This document shows, piece by piece, positions 1 through 12,900 of a stretch of DNA of 64,000 nt. Origin of the DNA: Perna viridis (Eukaryota); NCBI GenBank assembly GCA_037379345.1, contig CM074511.1:67090862-67154861 (forward strand). Reading direction: 5' to 3'. Positions within the stretch are counted from its first letter, which is position 1, and every line of letters begins with the position of its first letter. The notes under the pieces were generated by a model. That model did no database searches. It worked only from the letters and a program-made list of their open reading frames with translations, and was not told the DNA's origin. Made by a program: the position numbers and the translations under genes.

Positions 1-113
1 AATGTTCATTTAAAAAAAGTTATTTTAGTATAGCATGCAGATAAAGGTAAAACGACAAAGAACTGACGAGTGATTTCATTAATAATGTATCGAAAGATGA
101 AAATAGACTTAAA

Positions 114-750
114 ATGTTCATGTCAGAACTATTAAAACATCAAGCAATCAAAGGTGCATTGATTACTACATTTAAATCCGAAATCACGGAGCAGTTCGAA
201 AGTAGAATTGAACAACTAGAAAATAGGTTAGAAGAAATGGAACAATATTCCAGACGCACCTGTTTGAAATTTAGCGGGATCCCCGAACCGACAAACGTCG
301 ATGAATTGGAAAATACCGACGAAAAAGTACTTAACATTATAAACATTGACATTCTAAAACACTCAGAAGAGAAGTTATCTATTGAACACATTGGTCGTTC
401 GCATCGTCTTGGTCAGCGTAAACCGGGAGTTCCGCGAAACATAATTTTCAGGTTTTCCACCTATCAATATCGAGCATTAGTATATCGTAATAAGCGTTTC
501 TTGAAAGAGAGAAATGATCTACCAGAAACGACCTCAAAGATCTATGTTAATGAAGCGTTAACACAAAAGCGAGTTAACCTGTTAAAAAAAAACCAAAAAA
601 AAAATAAAAATAAAAAAAAAGCTTTATAATGACAAGTTGATCAAGAACTGGACGGCAGGATTTTTGTGCGCAATAAGGATGATACACAAACTATGTTAAT
701 CAGCACAGAATCTGACCTTCTGCAGTTCATCAACATGCGAATTCAAAACT
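114..750 (+). pseudogene. LINE ORF1 (coiled coil plus RRM-like and C-terminal domain), frameshifted
   Basis: The 171-aa ORF runs into an A-rich tract at about 583-620. The expected C-terminal motif (LIKNWT..RIFVR) continues downstream in other frames. Confidence 0.8.
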
Positions 751-1442
751 CCAATGGGAACCTGTCCATCATAAATCCCAGTTCCCAACCATAAGACTTT
801 GCAAAAAAGGGGCCCTAAATGCTGGTGCCCCAGTCTTCACACCAGGCAGCTTTATATCATCAAGCTGCTACCAGAGATGACGATCAATCCAAACAAAGAT
901 CACAAAGTCCGCTCATAGGCTAGGACTAACTTGATGACTAACCTCTCATCCTACTACACAAGTTAATGAATAACAATAAAATCCAATGAAAATCTATTTT
1001 GTTCCTACCTAAAAGTCATTGTACATATGTTTTTTTCTACATGTATTCCATGCTGAGTGGTTGCATCACATGGCTAATTCAGGCATGACGGTGTAAGCAT
1101 CCAGCACCTGCTTGCTCCCTATTGTCATTGATATTCTGTGTATACAAAAGTATATTTTAATCTTCATCGAGTTGCTAGCGCAATTCTTCATATCTTTTCA
1201 AGTAGAGTTATTCCGCTTTCCCCTGAGTTCAAAATCTTTCATTGCTCCAATGACCATAAACTTGTTCTTCATGGTTTTTTAGGGAATTTTTTACTGTTTC
1301 TATATGTCCATTCTAGTTAACATGATATGATTTATCTACAATCAAAATCAAAATTACCCCATTTTCACTTATCTCTTCTGTTATATGACCATTTTTTGTA
1401 TAAAACTGATGGTTGTCATTCTTCTACTAGACAGTTTTTTTT

Positions 1443-4400
1443 ATGGCATCTCTTATTTTACTTCTTGGTTATGACATCCATGAACACCCTGGACCTGAGA
1501 ATTCTAGAATCCAGGCTTGTAACATATCTATTGTGAACTAGGTGATTACTGAATCTAAGCTTGATAACACTGTTAAAAGTGAGGATATGTGTATAGAGAA
1601 TTATCTCAATCCTGAACCTTTTCGAAGGGATAGAAATTATGATAGGGATGGAGGTATTATATTTTATGTGAAGAACACTCTGCTAGTTAATCGTCGTTCT
1701 GACTTAGAAATACCAGAAATTGAATCTGTATCTGTTGAATGTTATTCTGGTAATAGAAAATTTTTACTTGTGTGTTTTTACAGACCTCCAAATGCAAGGT
1801 CCTCATCTTGGGATCATCTAGAAAACATTTTTTCAAATTGTATTGATTCCGAGTTTGATAATGTAATTATTGTTGGAGATGTTAATGTGGATCTTATCAC
1901 CAATCGTAATAATCATAAATTATCAAGAGTTTGTGACTTGGTTTGACAAAACGTTATTTCAGAACCCACGAGAATTACTCCCACTTCTTCTAATCTCATC
2001 GATCCTATATTTGGAAATAATTTAGCCATAGTCAAAGACAGTTATGTCTTGACGAACTTTTGTAGTGACCATTGTCCAACTGTTATAGAATTAAATTTCA
2101 CTACTCCACGTGAAAAATCTTACACTAAAATTGTATATGCTTAGGACAATGGTGATTGTAAATCCATTAATCAGCACTTGCAAGGTGTTGATTGGGATGG
2201 TAGATTTGAAGGGATAAATGATATCAATTTTATTAACGATAATATTATTGGGGAGATAAATCATACTTTGAATACATTCATCCCACAAAAGACGATTCGT
2301 ATCCGACCAAAAGATAACCCTGGATCAATAATGATATAAAATGTAAAGTGAGAAAAAGGAATCGTCTTCACAAAAAGGCTAAAAGTAGAAATCTTGCAAT
2401 TGACTGGGAAAACTTCAGGAAACTGAGAAATGAAGTTATAGATATGGTAAGAGATGCCAAAAAGATGTATATCATTAATTTACAAAATTCTCTTGTTAAC
2501 AAATCAGTTCCTCCAGGTAAATGGTGGCGCATTGCCAAGAGTGTTACAAAATTTAAGAATGTAAATAGTGTCGAGACTCCTATTAAGTCAAATGGTGATA
2601 TTTTCTATCATCCTGTAGATAAAGCATGTGCTATTAATGATTATTTTGCATCTGTATCTACTCTGGAGACGGAACCCGATTTACCAAATATTCCACCACT
2701 TTCGCCCTGTGAGCGCTCGCATAGAGTAGTGACCGAACAGGAAGTGATAGACCAGTTCGAGATACTTAATGTAACTAAGCCAGGTGGTCCAGATAACCTG
2801 CCACCTAAACTATCAAAAACCATTTTCCTGCCATTGGTAAAACCCCTTACAAAAGTCTATATTACGGCGTTATGTCTAGTGGTTAGAAGATGGCAAATGT
2901 TATTGCAATTTACAAAGGTAAAGGTGGTGGGAGTGCTAGTAACTACAGACCCATATCTGTTACCGACTGTTTTTGGTAAGATGTTGCAGAAAATAGTTTT
3001 TAAGCACCTTCATAACTACAATTGCCGAAATAATATTTTGACAGATCATCAATCTGGATTTCGTCAGAAGGATTCAAGCGTGAATCAACTATTGATTATT
3101 TATGACGATATTATGAAAAATTTGGATAAGGGAAAGGACGTTCGATTTATATTTTGTGATGTTTCCAAGGCGTTCGATCGAGTCTGGCATTCTGGTCTTC
3201 TATATAAACTGCGAAAAAATGGTGTAAAAATAACTTGTTGGGTTGGTTTCGAAGTTATTTATCCGATAGAAAGCAACGCGTATGCATGGAAGGATACCAT
3301 TCAACTTGGAAATCTATCAATGCTGGTGTACCGCAGGGATCCATTTTAGGACCTTACCTATTTGTATTGTTTGTCAATGATATTGTAGATATTGTCTCTA
3401 ATAAAATAAAGCTATCTGCAGATGACACTTCGTTATACTGTATCGTTGATTATCAAGAAATAGCTGCCGAATCACTTAACTCTGACCTTGATAGTTTATA
3501 TACATGGTCTACGGATTGGGGAGTTACGTTTAATAAGACAAAGTCCATGCTATTTACTAGGAGACTATATGAAGACATTCCGACATTATACTTGAATGGT
3601 CACGCCTTAGAAAATACACAGGTTCATAAACACCTTGGTTTGAATCTTAATTCGAAGGGTATATGGAGAGACCATATTAACGATATCTACTCGAAAGCCT
3701 GTGCTCGGATGCTCAAACACAGCCTTGATCGTGATTCTCTAGAGAAGCTTTCTATCGGGTTCGTGAGACCCATTTTGGAATATGGTAATCTTGTATGGGA
3801 CAATTGCACTAACCAAGAATCGGATCTAATTGAATCTGTGCAGTGCGAGGCTGCTAGGATAGTGACTGGCTTACGAAGAGGAACATCTAGATTAAAACTT
3901 TATAATGAACTGGGATGGGATTCACTCAAGGAAAGGCGCAGAAAACAAAAACTTATATTTGTGTATAAAGCCTGGAGTGGACTTCTTCCCAGTTAGGTAT
4001 CTGAGCATGTTATATCATGCTAAATATTGAGAAAAAGAGGAAAACTATCCTATCAGAAACCCACGATTCTTCAATATTCCTAGATCCAATACTCAGTCAT
4101 ACAAGAACAGTTTTTTCCCGAGTGTTCTGGCTCTATGGAATGATTTGGACCATGAGTTTGAAAACGTGCCTTCACTTTTATTATTTAAGAAAAAACTTAA
4201 TACAAATATAAAGAAACCTCCCAGTCACTATTCGGTGGGCCTTTGTAAACCTAACATTATTTTATGTCAACTTCGCAATGAAGTTAGCAATCTAAACCAT
4301 CATCTTTTCCGTTCACACTTGTCTGAGAGCTCGGAGTGTGCATGCGGTGAAAATATTGAGAATGCTTATCACTATTTTTATGTATATCCCCTTTATACCA

Positions 4401-4673
4401 GAGAGCGTGCGGTATCAAACTCCAAAGCAGCTCCAGTTCCGTACCGTTGACATTTCTCCACTATTCTGGAATGGCAAAAGTAGTGCAGGCATGGAAGAGA
4501 CAAATGCTCTGGAGTTTGGTGCGGTATTACTAGATAATCTCAGGAACTATCCTGATCGATTCCCCATTCTTGATTTCCTTTAATGTTGATCGGATGATCT
4601 GTCTCCGGAGGAGAACACACACATCACAACTACTGTTTTACAATATATATCAGACACAATACGATTTGATTAA
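1443..4673 (+). pseudogene. LINE ORF2 (APE endonuclease plus reverse transcriptase), disrupted
   Basis: ORF pieces 1542-1946, 2348-3349, 3235-3996, 4145-4450 and the tail to 4673 are collinear with an EN-RT-CCHC layout. The catalytic motif reads SADD instead of F/YADD. Confidence 0.92.
4416..4518. mobile_element. 103-bp MITE with 14-bp TIRs and a 9-bp target-site duplication, nested in LINE ORF2
   Basis: TIRs CAAACTCCAAAGCA (4416) and TGCTCTGGAGTTTG (ends 4518). GTGCGGTAT is present on both sides (4407-4415 and 4519-4527). Removing the insert restores ORF2 as YTRERAV-LLDNLRN. Confidence 0.88.
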
Positions 4674-5439
4674 TAGACTTCAGTCTTATGATCAGATGTC
4701 CATTAATGTATAACCTATAATAATGTTAAGGGTTCGCTTTTTTATTTATAATATACATGGTATTGTTGTTCCATATATATGCTGTTTTATACAATTATGG
4801 TTGTATTCGTTTATACTGTAATTGAACATGATGGTCGACCAATAGTTCATACCATGTATAATACATTGTAACATTATAAATTTTACATATTCCATTTCCT
4901 AAAATATGTGTAACTTAAAATTATGTTTGAAAATTTCCCTTTCAGTGCATTGTTGGTCGATCGTGCTGTTTAAACAATTATTATTAATATTTGATATTAT
5001 ATACTTTATGGTCCATTCGTGTTTCGGGAGAGGATGTATATAGGCATAGCCTGTTATCCAATCCCTTTGATTTACTTTAAGTCAATAAAATATTTAAAAT
5101 TGAAATAGATAAAAGGTAAAACTATTTTCACTTCATCAACATCTGAAATTTGTATCTAAGTGTATGCACAGATTGTCGCCTAGTAAGTTCTCCACACGTA
5201 TTTCAACGAGGAAAGCTTCCTTCTCAGCATTTTTTTCTTGCGAACTAGTACTTCTCAGCTTCACATATGTTGTTGCTTGTATTATACTTTACATTTTTGA
5301 CTTTTTTAATATTTAATTTCCTTACTTATATCTGGCGCAGCGCAAAAGGTAGTCTTTTTCTGGCGTAAAAGGACTACATTGTTCTTTTTATTTGTGCAAT
5401 TTAACTACGATATTTTATCTAATTACCGCAAAAGGAGGA

Positions 5440-6600
5440 TGCCCGGCCTGTCTGGGGAAGCCAACAGGTTAATGTTATCATACCTTTCTGATCGAACACA
5501 GCAATTAAAGATATGTGGTATTGTAAGCCAATGGGTAGATATTAATAAAGGTGTACCCCAAGGCTCAATATTAAGACCTTGTATTTATCAATGATATTTT
5601 TTTACTTTCTTACTTAGGAAATTTGTATAATTATGCAAATGACAACACATTATCTTATGCTTCTAATAATTATAATGAACTTGTAAATACTTCAGAAATA
5701 GAGAGCAAAATTTTAATACATTAATTGGTTCTATTTTAATTTATTTGTATGCAAGTAAACCAAGAAAAGTTTCAAGCGATAGTTGTAGGAAAAACCGCAG
5801 ATAGAGCACCAACTTTTAATACTGGTGATATTTACATAACTTGTGGAGATACTGTAAAACTTTTAGGTGTAGATATTGATTTTATGTTAAATTTTGACAA
5901 CCATATTAAATCTGTCTGCAAAAAAGATGTACAACAACTTAAGTATTTTTCACACATTTATATTGTCAAATTTACAATTTTTGTCCTCTTTCTTGGCACT
6001 ATTGACCAATGAGTAATACAAAGAAAATAGAAAGAAATACAATAAAGGGCTTTACGGTATGTCTTCTTTGATTTTAACTCTTCTTATGATGATCTTTTAG
6101 CAAAGGCCAATATACCAATTTTACATGTAAGACGTGTACGTCAGGGTATTGGCAATAGACACTTTTAAAATATTATGGAATCAAGCACCACCTGTATTAA
6201 TCTGATTTAATTTGTAAACAAAATCATTCGTAATTACAGATACCCAGTTGCGGATCCAGAGTTTTAGGTAAAAAGGGGGTGGCAAAAAAATTCTTGACAT
6301 GATTAACGGTGAGAATCACGAAATGAGTGTTTATCATGATTTAACACACACAATTTTTCAACATTTTTTTCTAAGGGGGCCGCCCATGGATTCGCCATTG
6401 ATACCACATATTAAAACATCAAGGTACGGAAAACAATCATTCAGTAAGTACGCTGCTCCAGTCCTCTCTCTGGAATTCTTTACCCGAAAACTTCAGGCAG
6501 TGCTCGAACTTCAGTCAGTTCAAAGCCATGATTTCAAGATGGGAGGGAAAAATTGTTCTTGTCAGCTGTGTACGTTGCTTGTATATCGACTGTTAATCTG
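5440..6600 (+). mobile_element. 5'-truncated, degraded LINE RT fragment (CR1/L2-like, second family)
   Basis: SYLSDRTQ..GVPQGSIL, YANDNTL (from YADD), MQVNQEKFQAI, VKLLGVDID, IPHIKTSRYGKQSF..YAAP..WNSLP. Confidence 0.85.
6245..6400. mobile_element. Short MITE inserted in the LINE fragment
   Basis: Imperfect TIRs CAGTTGCGGATCCA and TGGATTCGCCATTG. ATACC is duplicated at 6240-6244 and 6401-6405. Excision rejoins the RT C-terminal frame (LQIPHIKTSRYG). Confidence 0.75.
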
Positions 6601-6904
6601 TGCATGAAGCAGCGACCTTGAAACCATAGTTTTGTTGATTTAATATTTTGTTTTGTTTGTGCCGCTTTTAGTTTCTTTGCTTGCTTTGCTTTTAATTGCT
6701 ATAAATGTTTGTGTGCTATATGTGTCTTTGTCTTATTATAGCTGTGTGTTTGACTGATTTGTCAATATATTTTACATGTATGCATGCACTAGTACTGTGT
6801 AACAATTTACGTCGGTTTTAAAAGCTTTTAAGAAGATATGTTGTCGCTGTTTGATAATTTGATTCGATGCACTGGGAGCCTCCAGTTGTTTTTGATCAAT
6901 GAAA

Positions 6905-6952
6905 AAAAATCACGTGATCAAAATAATATCACAGCTGTTCAAGATGGCGGCG
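6905..6952 (+). promoter_or_regulatory. TMEM59 proximal promoter: TCACGTGA E-box (CLEAR-like) and YY1-type AAGATGGCGGC overlapping the start codon
   Basis: TCACGTGA at 6910-6917 and AAGATGGCGGC at 6941-6951. Function is inferred from motif match only. Confidence 0.55.
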
Positions 6953-9900
6953 TTGAGATTGCAAGAACTTTTGTTTATTTTTTCATTACTGTCATTTTCA
7001 TCAGCAATTGGAATTTTCGATAGAGTTTTAGACGACATTACATCTTGTTCTGATAAATGCTCAAATACTTATCAGCCACATACTTTCGAAAAGGTAGAAA
7101 TCTGGTATAGGATCTCAAATGTCGTGTACATTTTCTCCTATTTCTGTTTTCACTTCTGCTTTGTTTTGCTATTTAATATGAAGTTACTGCATGAATATCC
7201 AAAAAAAGGCATTTGCTGTAGGTTAAGCTCATGTCATTTGTTCACTTACAGCCAACATTTAATGCATGTCACGGCTTCACTATTGCCAGTATTGGAGAAC
7301 ACCATTATTGACCTGTAGTTCAGAAGATGCACAACTGTAGCATCAACCAAATAATTTAGTTTGAAATCTTGCAGATGAATTTGAGAACTACTGGAATCAA
7401 TGAATACTTGTATTGTGTTTTGTTAGCTGTAGATCATAAACAATACTCTGAAATGTGTAAATATTGAAAAAATTCAAATGTTGAAATATTGAAGAATGTA
7501 TTTCAACAGATATTTTTGTTTATGGCAGTGGCTGCTTGTCCACGTATTTGAGGATGAGGAGCCTCAAGAGGCTAATCATCCACACATCCAGTTTGCATCA
7601 GTATTATACGGAATCATGACGGCTAAGGAAATATTTATTTATGACTTTGTGAACAATGTTTACTGAACAGTTTTCTAATGAATTAAATTTTTTACATTTT
7701 ACATATTGTTTCTGTTGTGTTTACTAGAAACGGACGAATTTTATGTTGGTCAGACGTTTAATACTTTTGATAATTTGGAAAACTTTTTCAAACTATGAAT
7801 GATAGAACTATGTACAACTATGCAAAAGAAACTCTTGAACTATTGAATGTGCTATCAAACGTACAGCAGAGAAAAATATTGACAAACACTTAAAATATGT
7901 AAATATGTATGTATTCATGTATTACTGTAAAGTAATTCACTGTAATATAATTCATGGATTAGTACTGGACCAAGAATGTGAAAAAATATATAGCACCTGA
8001 AAAATCTGTTTAAGAGTCATTTATGACTGACATTGATGTGTGTTTTAATAAGAATATGGAAGTTTGCTACCACCATTAACAGGTGCAAGATACCGTAACT
8101 TAATTCACAATTAGATGCTTATTTGGAAAAAAAAGATAAAAGTCATGTATTTTTTCAGTAAAAACATTATCCTTTACGTGTGAAGCATTCATTTTTATCT
8201 TGTTTATGATTTTATGGTATTTTTTCCTCACATAGACTTACCGTATGTGTCAGTTACATTTGCATGATAGCTTCAGAAAAATTGTAACGTAATTCACTGT
8301 GTTTCATGGGACATCCGTATTTTGTGGAAATTTTTTTAAAATCGTTTTCGATGTAAAAATCACAGTTAAAATTATGTTTTCTAGCTATTTTTCTCCCTAG
8401 AAAACTTATTGGGTGTTCTTCATTTGGAATATTTTATATTTTTCTATGTATTTCTTCAGGGGAACCCTAATTTGTGACATAGGGTTTTTGTCGATTGAGT
8501 CTTAGATATTTATCGTCTTTTTTAAGTGAACCAGATCAGTGTCCCGTAAACTATGTTTTTACAATCTGGCATAACCCTGATAGTAATTTGAACCCATACA
8601 TTATTGGCGCAAACCGGATGTGTGGATGAGCGGCCACTGCCTTTGTTTATTGCATTTAATTGAAAAACGTTTATTTCCATGTATTGGCGACTGGAGATGT
8701 ATTGCATATACATATATCAACTTATTTACCATAAGCATTTAAGGAAGCGTTCAGATATGTGTGTGCTTCAAAATATCACTGACAAGCTTGAAAATAGGAA
8801 TTAAAGGGTTTGAAGGCCACGTTTAATCAAATGTTTGTCACAAGTGGCTTGAATTGGTAAACTTAACATGTGGAAACCAAAATATTGGAGGATCTTTAGA
8901 TGAACAAGACTCTTGTAAGCAGTCCGATATTGACAGAACGAAACTGTTGATTTTTTGAAAGATTTAAATTCTGATAAGTTCGATGGTACTAATGGAAGGT
9001 CTTTTTGGAAGAAAATAATTTTTGAAAACATTGATGAGGAAATAAATATGCCAATAAATGTTATAAAAATTTTAAAAAATAACAAAGCATGTGCTGATGA
9101 TGGTAGAATTAACAAATATATTAAGGCCACTTGAGGTATATTTATTGATGTGTATAAGAAGTACTTTAACTTGGTATATGAAATAGGTATAATTCCATTG
9201 TCATGACTAATAGGAACTAAAAAAACCCTTTTATATTATGTAGGTATCTCTGTACCTATGTCTTATGGCGATGAGAAATAAAGATATATAAAACAAAGGA
9301 GATAAATATATCAGTAATCCAAAAAACTATAGACGATTAACTAAACTGAGCTGCTTTGGAAAATGCTTATTCTGTACTGAGTAAAAGGCTAAATAGTTTC
9401 CTTGATCAAGAAAATCAAATGTGGATTCTGAGAAGGATCTTCCACTGCTGACAAAATTTTATTCTTCATTCTCTATTTGAAGTTCTTAAATTTGAGAAAA
9501 CAAATTTGTATTGCAGATTTGTGGATTTCAAAAAGGCATTTGATACCATACAGAGGGACACCCTCTACCAAAAATACTTAATACATGTAATATAAGTAAT
9601 ATAAACGGGAAACTGTTTCAAGTTATATACAATATTTATCAAAATATCAAATCTTGTAAAAATTATAATGGTCAGAAATCAGACTGTTTCCCATGTGCAA
9701 TAGGAGCTAGTGCATCAGGGTAAAAATCTGTCCATCTTCTTATCTATACATTTAAATGAAAAGACCTCATTTTGTGTGTCGCTTCTCTTCCTTCTGCGAT
9801 AAACTAATCATCATGCCTTTGTGTGCTATATGTGCATTGCATAGTCGCATTTGTCACACTCACTTATTATTATTTCATTTGTGTTATTTTGGGAGAAAAA

Positions 9901-12900
9901 CAAAAATTAAGACATCCAGATATTTTTAACTGTTATTGGACAGACTTTTAAGTCAGACTTTACTTCCGTTTTGTCAAGTTGCACTTTTTTAGAATTTTCT
10001 TTATTTTTGATAACTTTCTAGCAATAAAAGTGTTACGGGCTTAAATACAGTAACTAGTGCAACTGAAATGGAATTAAAATTATTTTTAAAACTTTTTGTC
10101 ATTTTATATTATAATGGCTGAATAGGCAAGTGATCAGCAATACTCATTTAACAAATTAAGTGAGTACTGTAATACATGGAAATTAAGACAGATTTATAAG
10201 TTAATATCATAAAACAAAACCATTAATTTTTATGTGAAATAGACAACTAAAGAATATGAATTATGTCTACATTAATTTTGCTGTAGAAATCGTAAATAAC
10301 TATAATGAGAAGAAACTTAAAAACATGCAAACGTCAATTAGCTGAAACGGCAAATGAAGCCATGTATAGTCCAATGAAAAAAGGACGAGTCCATAATCTT
10401 CCAATTAAATGCCAGTTGGATCTGTTGGATAAACTTGTCAATCAAATCCTACTGTATGGTTGTGAAATATGGGGCTATGGTAATAATGAAATTATGGAAA
10501 AATCAGTTTTGTAAATTTCTACTCTGAATTATATCAACAACAACTAGCTCCATGGTTTATAGGGAACCAGGAAGATATCCATTAGTCTTGGATATTAAAA
10601 TAAGAATGCTTTTTTATTGAAACTCTTGATCAGTCCAGAGAAAAAGTTAAGTGCCATTGCTTAAAAGCTGATTATCAAACTAACAAACACAACATCTTTC
10701 TCGACATCTTGGTTTTAAAGTATTGAAAACATTTTGAATGAATGTGGCCTGCAATACATATGGCTCTATCAATATGTCTACAATGGTAAATGGCTAAAAA
10801 GAACTGTTGAAAAAATTCTTCATGACCACTTCACTAGAAGTTGGTATTCAAATATGGAAAATAGTGATAAAACATTGAATTACCAACTACTGTATTAAAA
10901 TCAAAGCGCCAGTGGCATTGAACCTCGGAAGTCATGAGACATTTATAGGTATTTTAAAAATTTGAAAATCTGCTGATGGTAATTTGTTTTTTCTTTATTT
11001 CCAAAAAAATAAATTATTTACAACCGGATCAGTGCTTTCACCACTAATAGAACTACACATCCACACAAATCTGATGATTTGAAATTTCAATTTAAATTTC
11101 GTTTTCTCTTTTTTTTTGCCTTGTTTCATTTCAATTTCTTTTTGTTTCTCAATGTGTAATATTGACAACCTGTTTTTACTTTTAAACATGGCCAATCACG
11201 TGGAATCCATGTATGGATATCAAAGGCATTCATAAAATATAGTTCACACTTCTATATATGTATTTGATTTTTTCTTTGACACTGAATCGTGTAAAATCTA
11301 ATTTCAATCAAATACCTGTACTGTAAAAACAGGCAATGTATTGATACAAAATTATCAATTTGATTCATTTTAATATTTATCTGCCATATCTCTTTCCCGG
11401 TGGAAGTACTTTTAAGGCGGTTATCAACCGGAAGTCGTTTTGATTGACATTAGATGGTTTTAAGACTCAGAAGTCATGTGACTTCCAAGATCAAGGTATT
11501 TTTGATATACTTAGCGGTAAAGATATTGCAATGCTATGTGAATTTTGACTCATAAATCATAAATTTCTTGTTCAAAGTGGAAGATGGAGAAACATACCAA
11601 GAGATAACAAAATCTACCCTTTTTGCATGTTTTGTGGGGATGGCAGTTCAGGTGATGAATATCATTTATTCATTACTCTGTTTTTATCCACCTCACCTTC
11701 AACTACATCTTATTATATTTTCCTCTATACCGGTACATTATTATTGTAAAATATGCATGTTTTTCTGTATACCAACTGCACAAGGTGCAATACCACAAAA
11801 GGAAGTCTTGGATTGATTTTGGGGTTTTGACTTGAACAGTTTAGGAATAAGGAGCCAAAGAGGAGCTAATTTGATTCTGGTCGAAATTCTTATCCTATTG
11901 TAAAGTATTAAATCAGTAACAAAATTCAGAGCTGCATGAAGCTTGAATGATATGTCCATACTTGCCCCGAATGCTTAACAGGGTTTGACCTCTGAGGTTT
12001 TATCAGGCTGTACCCTGTTAAGCATTTCATTCCACTAAATTGAAATAAATTTTGTAATAGATTGCAATACCAGATGGTAGGCCAGGTTGTAATCAGATGT
12101 TTTGAATATTGCCAGGCAAGATATGTGTATCAGGGGCAGATCCAGGATCCAGTTTAGGGGTGGACATAGATAATTAAAGGCTGAGCAAGGCAATACAATT
12201 TTTGAAGTTATAATTTTTGAAAATCAAGATTCCATGCATTTTTTTTTTTTTGTATTACAAGACATACTCCCAGCACACTTTTCCTTATATCCATGCCTGG
12301 TCATTGTGGAGTTGATACATTTTTTTGTGCAATATCATGATTAATTATTATGATTCTCCTCTTCAGTAACAAGTCTTTGATATTTTTTTTAATTGTATTA
12401 ACATTGAATTATGTGTTTTGTACTTGTCCTGTATTGTAACTGGTTGTAAATCTATTATTTTGATTTTATACCAATAAACAAATTGAATTTGAATTTGTAA
12501 CATTATCAAATTACAATTTGGTAATTGAAATATGATGCATGCTTTCATACTTGATACAGCTGTTACAGAGATGTATGACCGTGTTTGTGAATGAGTGATT
12601 TGCTCTGATTCTAAACTAAAATTGATTGATATGTTAAAGTTAGAAATATTTTATTTCTTGTGAACATTCATGTTTGTATGAATTAAAACAAATGTGTTAG
12701 TAAAAAAAATCTGAAACAAAATTACAACATTAACACGAGCATAGGAACATGTAATTAAAAGGTTCATGGTGTGACATTGATTATGTGTTCTTGTATTCGT
12801 GCATAAATGTATTAACTTTTGTTTCAACTTAAAATAAATCTACATGTAAATAATTTAAATACATGTAATTAAGTCCCCTCCTTTATCTCATCTGCTTTTT

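Larger units (their letters stand above)
1..5110 (+). mobile_element. Decayed near full-length non-LTR retrotransposon (CR1/L2-type LINE) with ORF1, APE endonuclease-RT ORF2 and 3' UTR
   Basis: ORF1 from 114 has a coiled coil plus EQYSRR..FSGIPE..HRLG..IYVNEALT. ORF2 fragments carry APE motifs (ITESKL, RRDR..GG, FYRPP, GDVNVD, SDHCP) and RT motifs (QSGFR, DVSKAFDRVWH, GVPQGSILGP, SADD). The C-terminus reads CACG..H and ..VLQYISDTIRFD* (stop at 4671-4673). AATAAA near 5084. Many stops and frameshifts. Confidence 0.93.

Noticed and set aside
6899-6943. Upstream in-frame ATG extending TMEM59 by 15 aa
   Set aside because: The extension overlaps the E-box promoter motif, and the signal peptide with a strong start context begins at 6944. 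The ORF beyond 7093 is intron read-through.
10905-11500. Possible TIR element bounded by GGAAGTCA.G..AC repeats
   Set aside because: The inverted match is short and degenerate, and no TSD could be identified.
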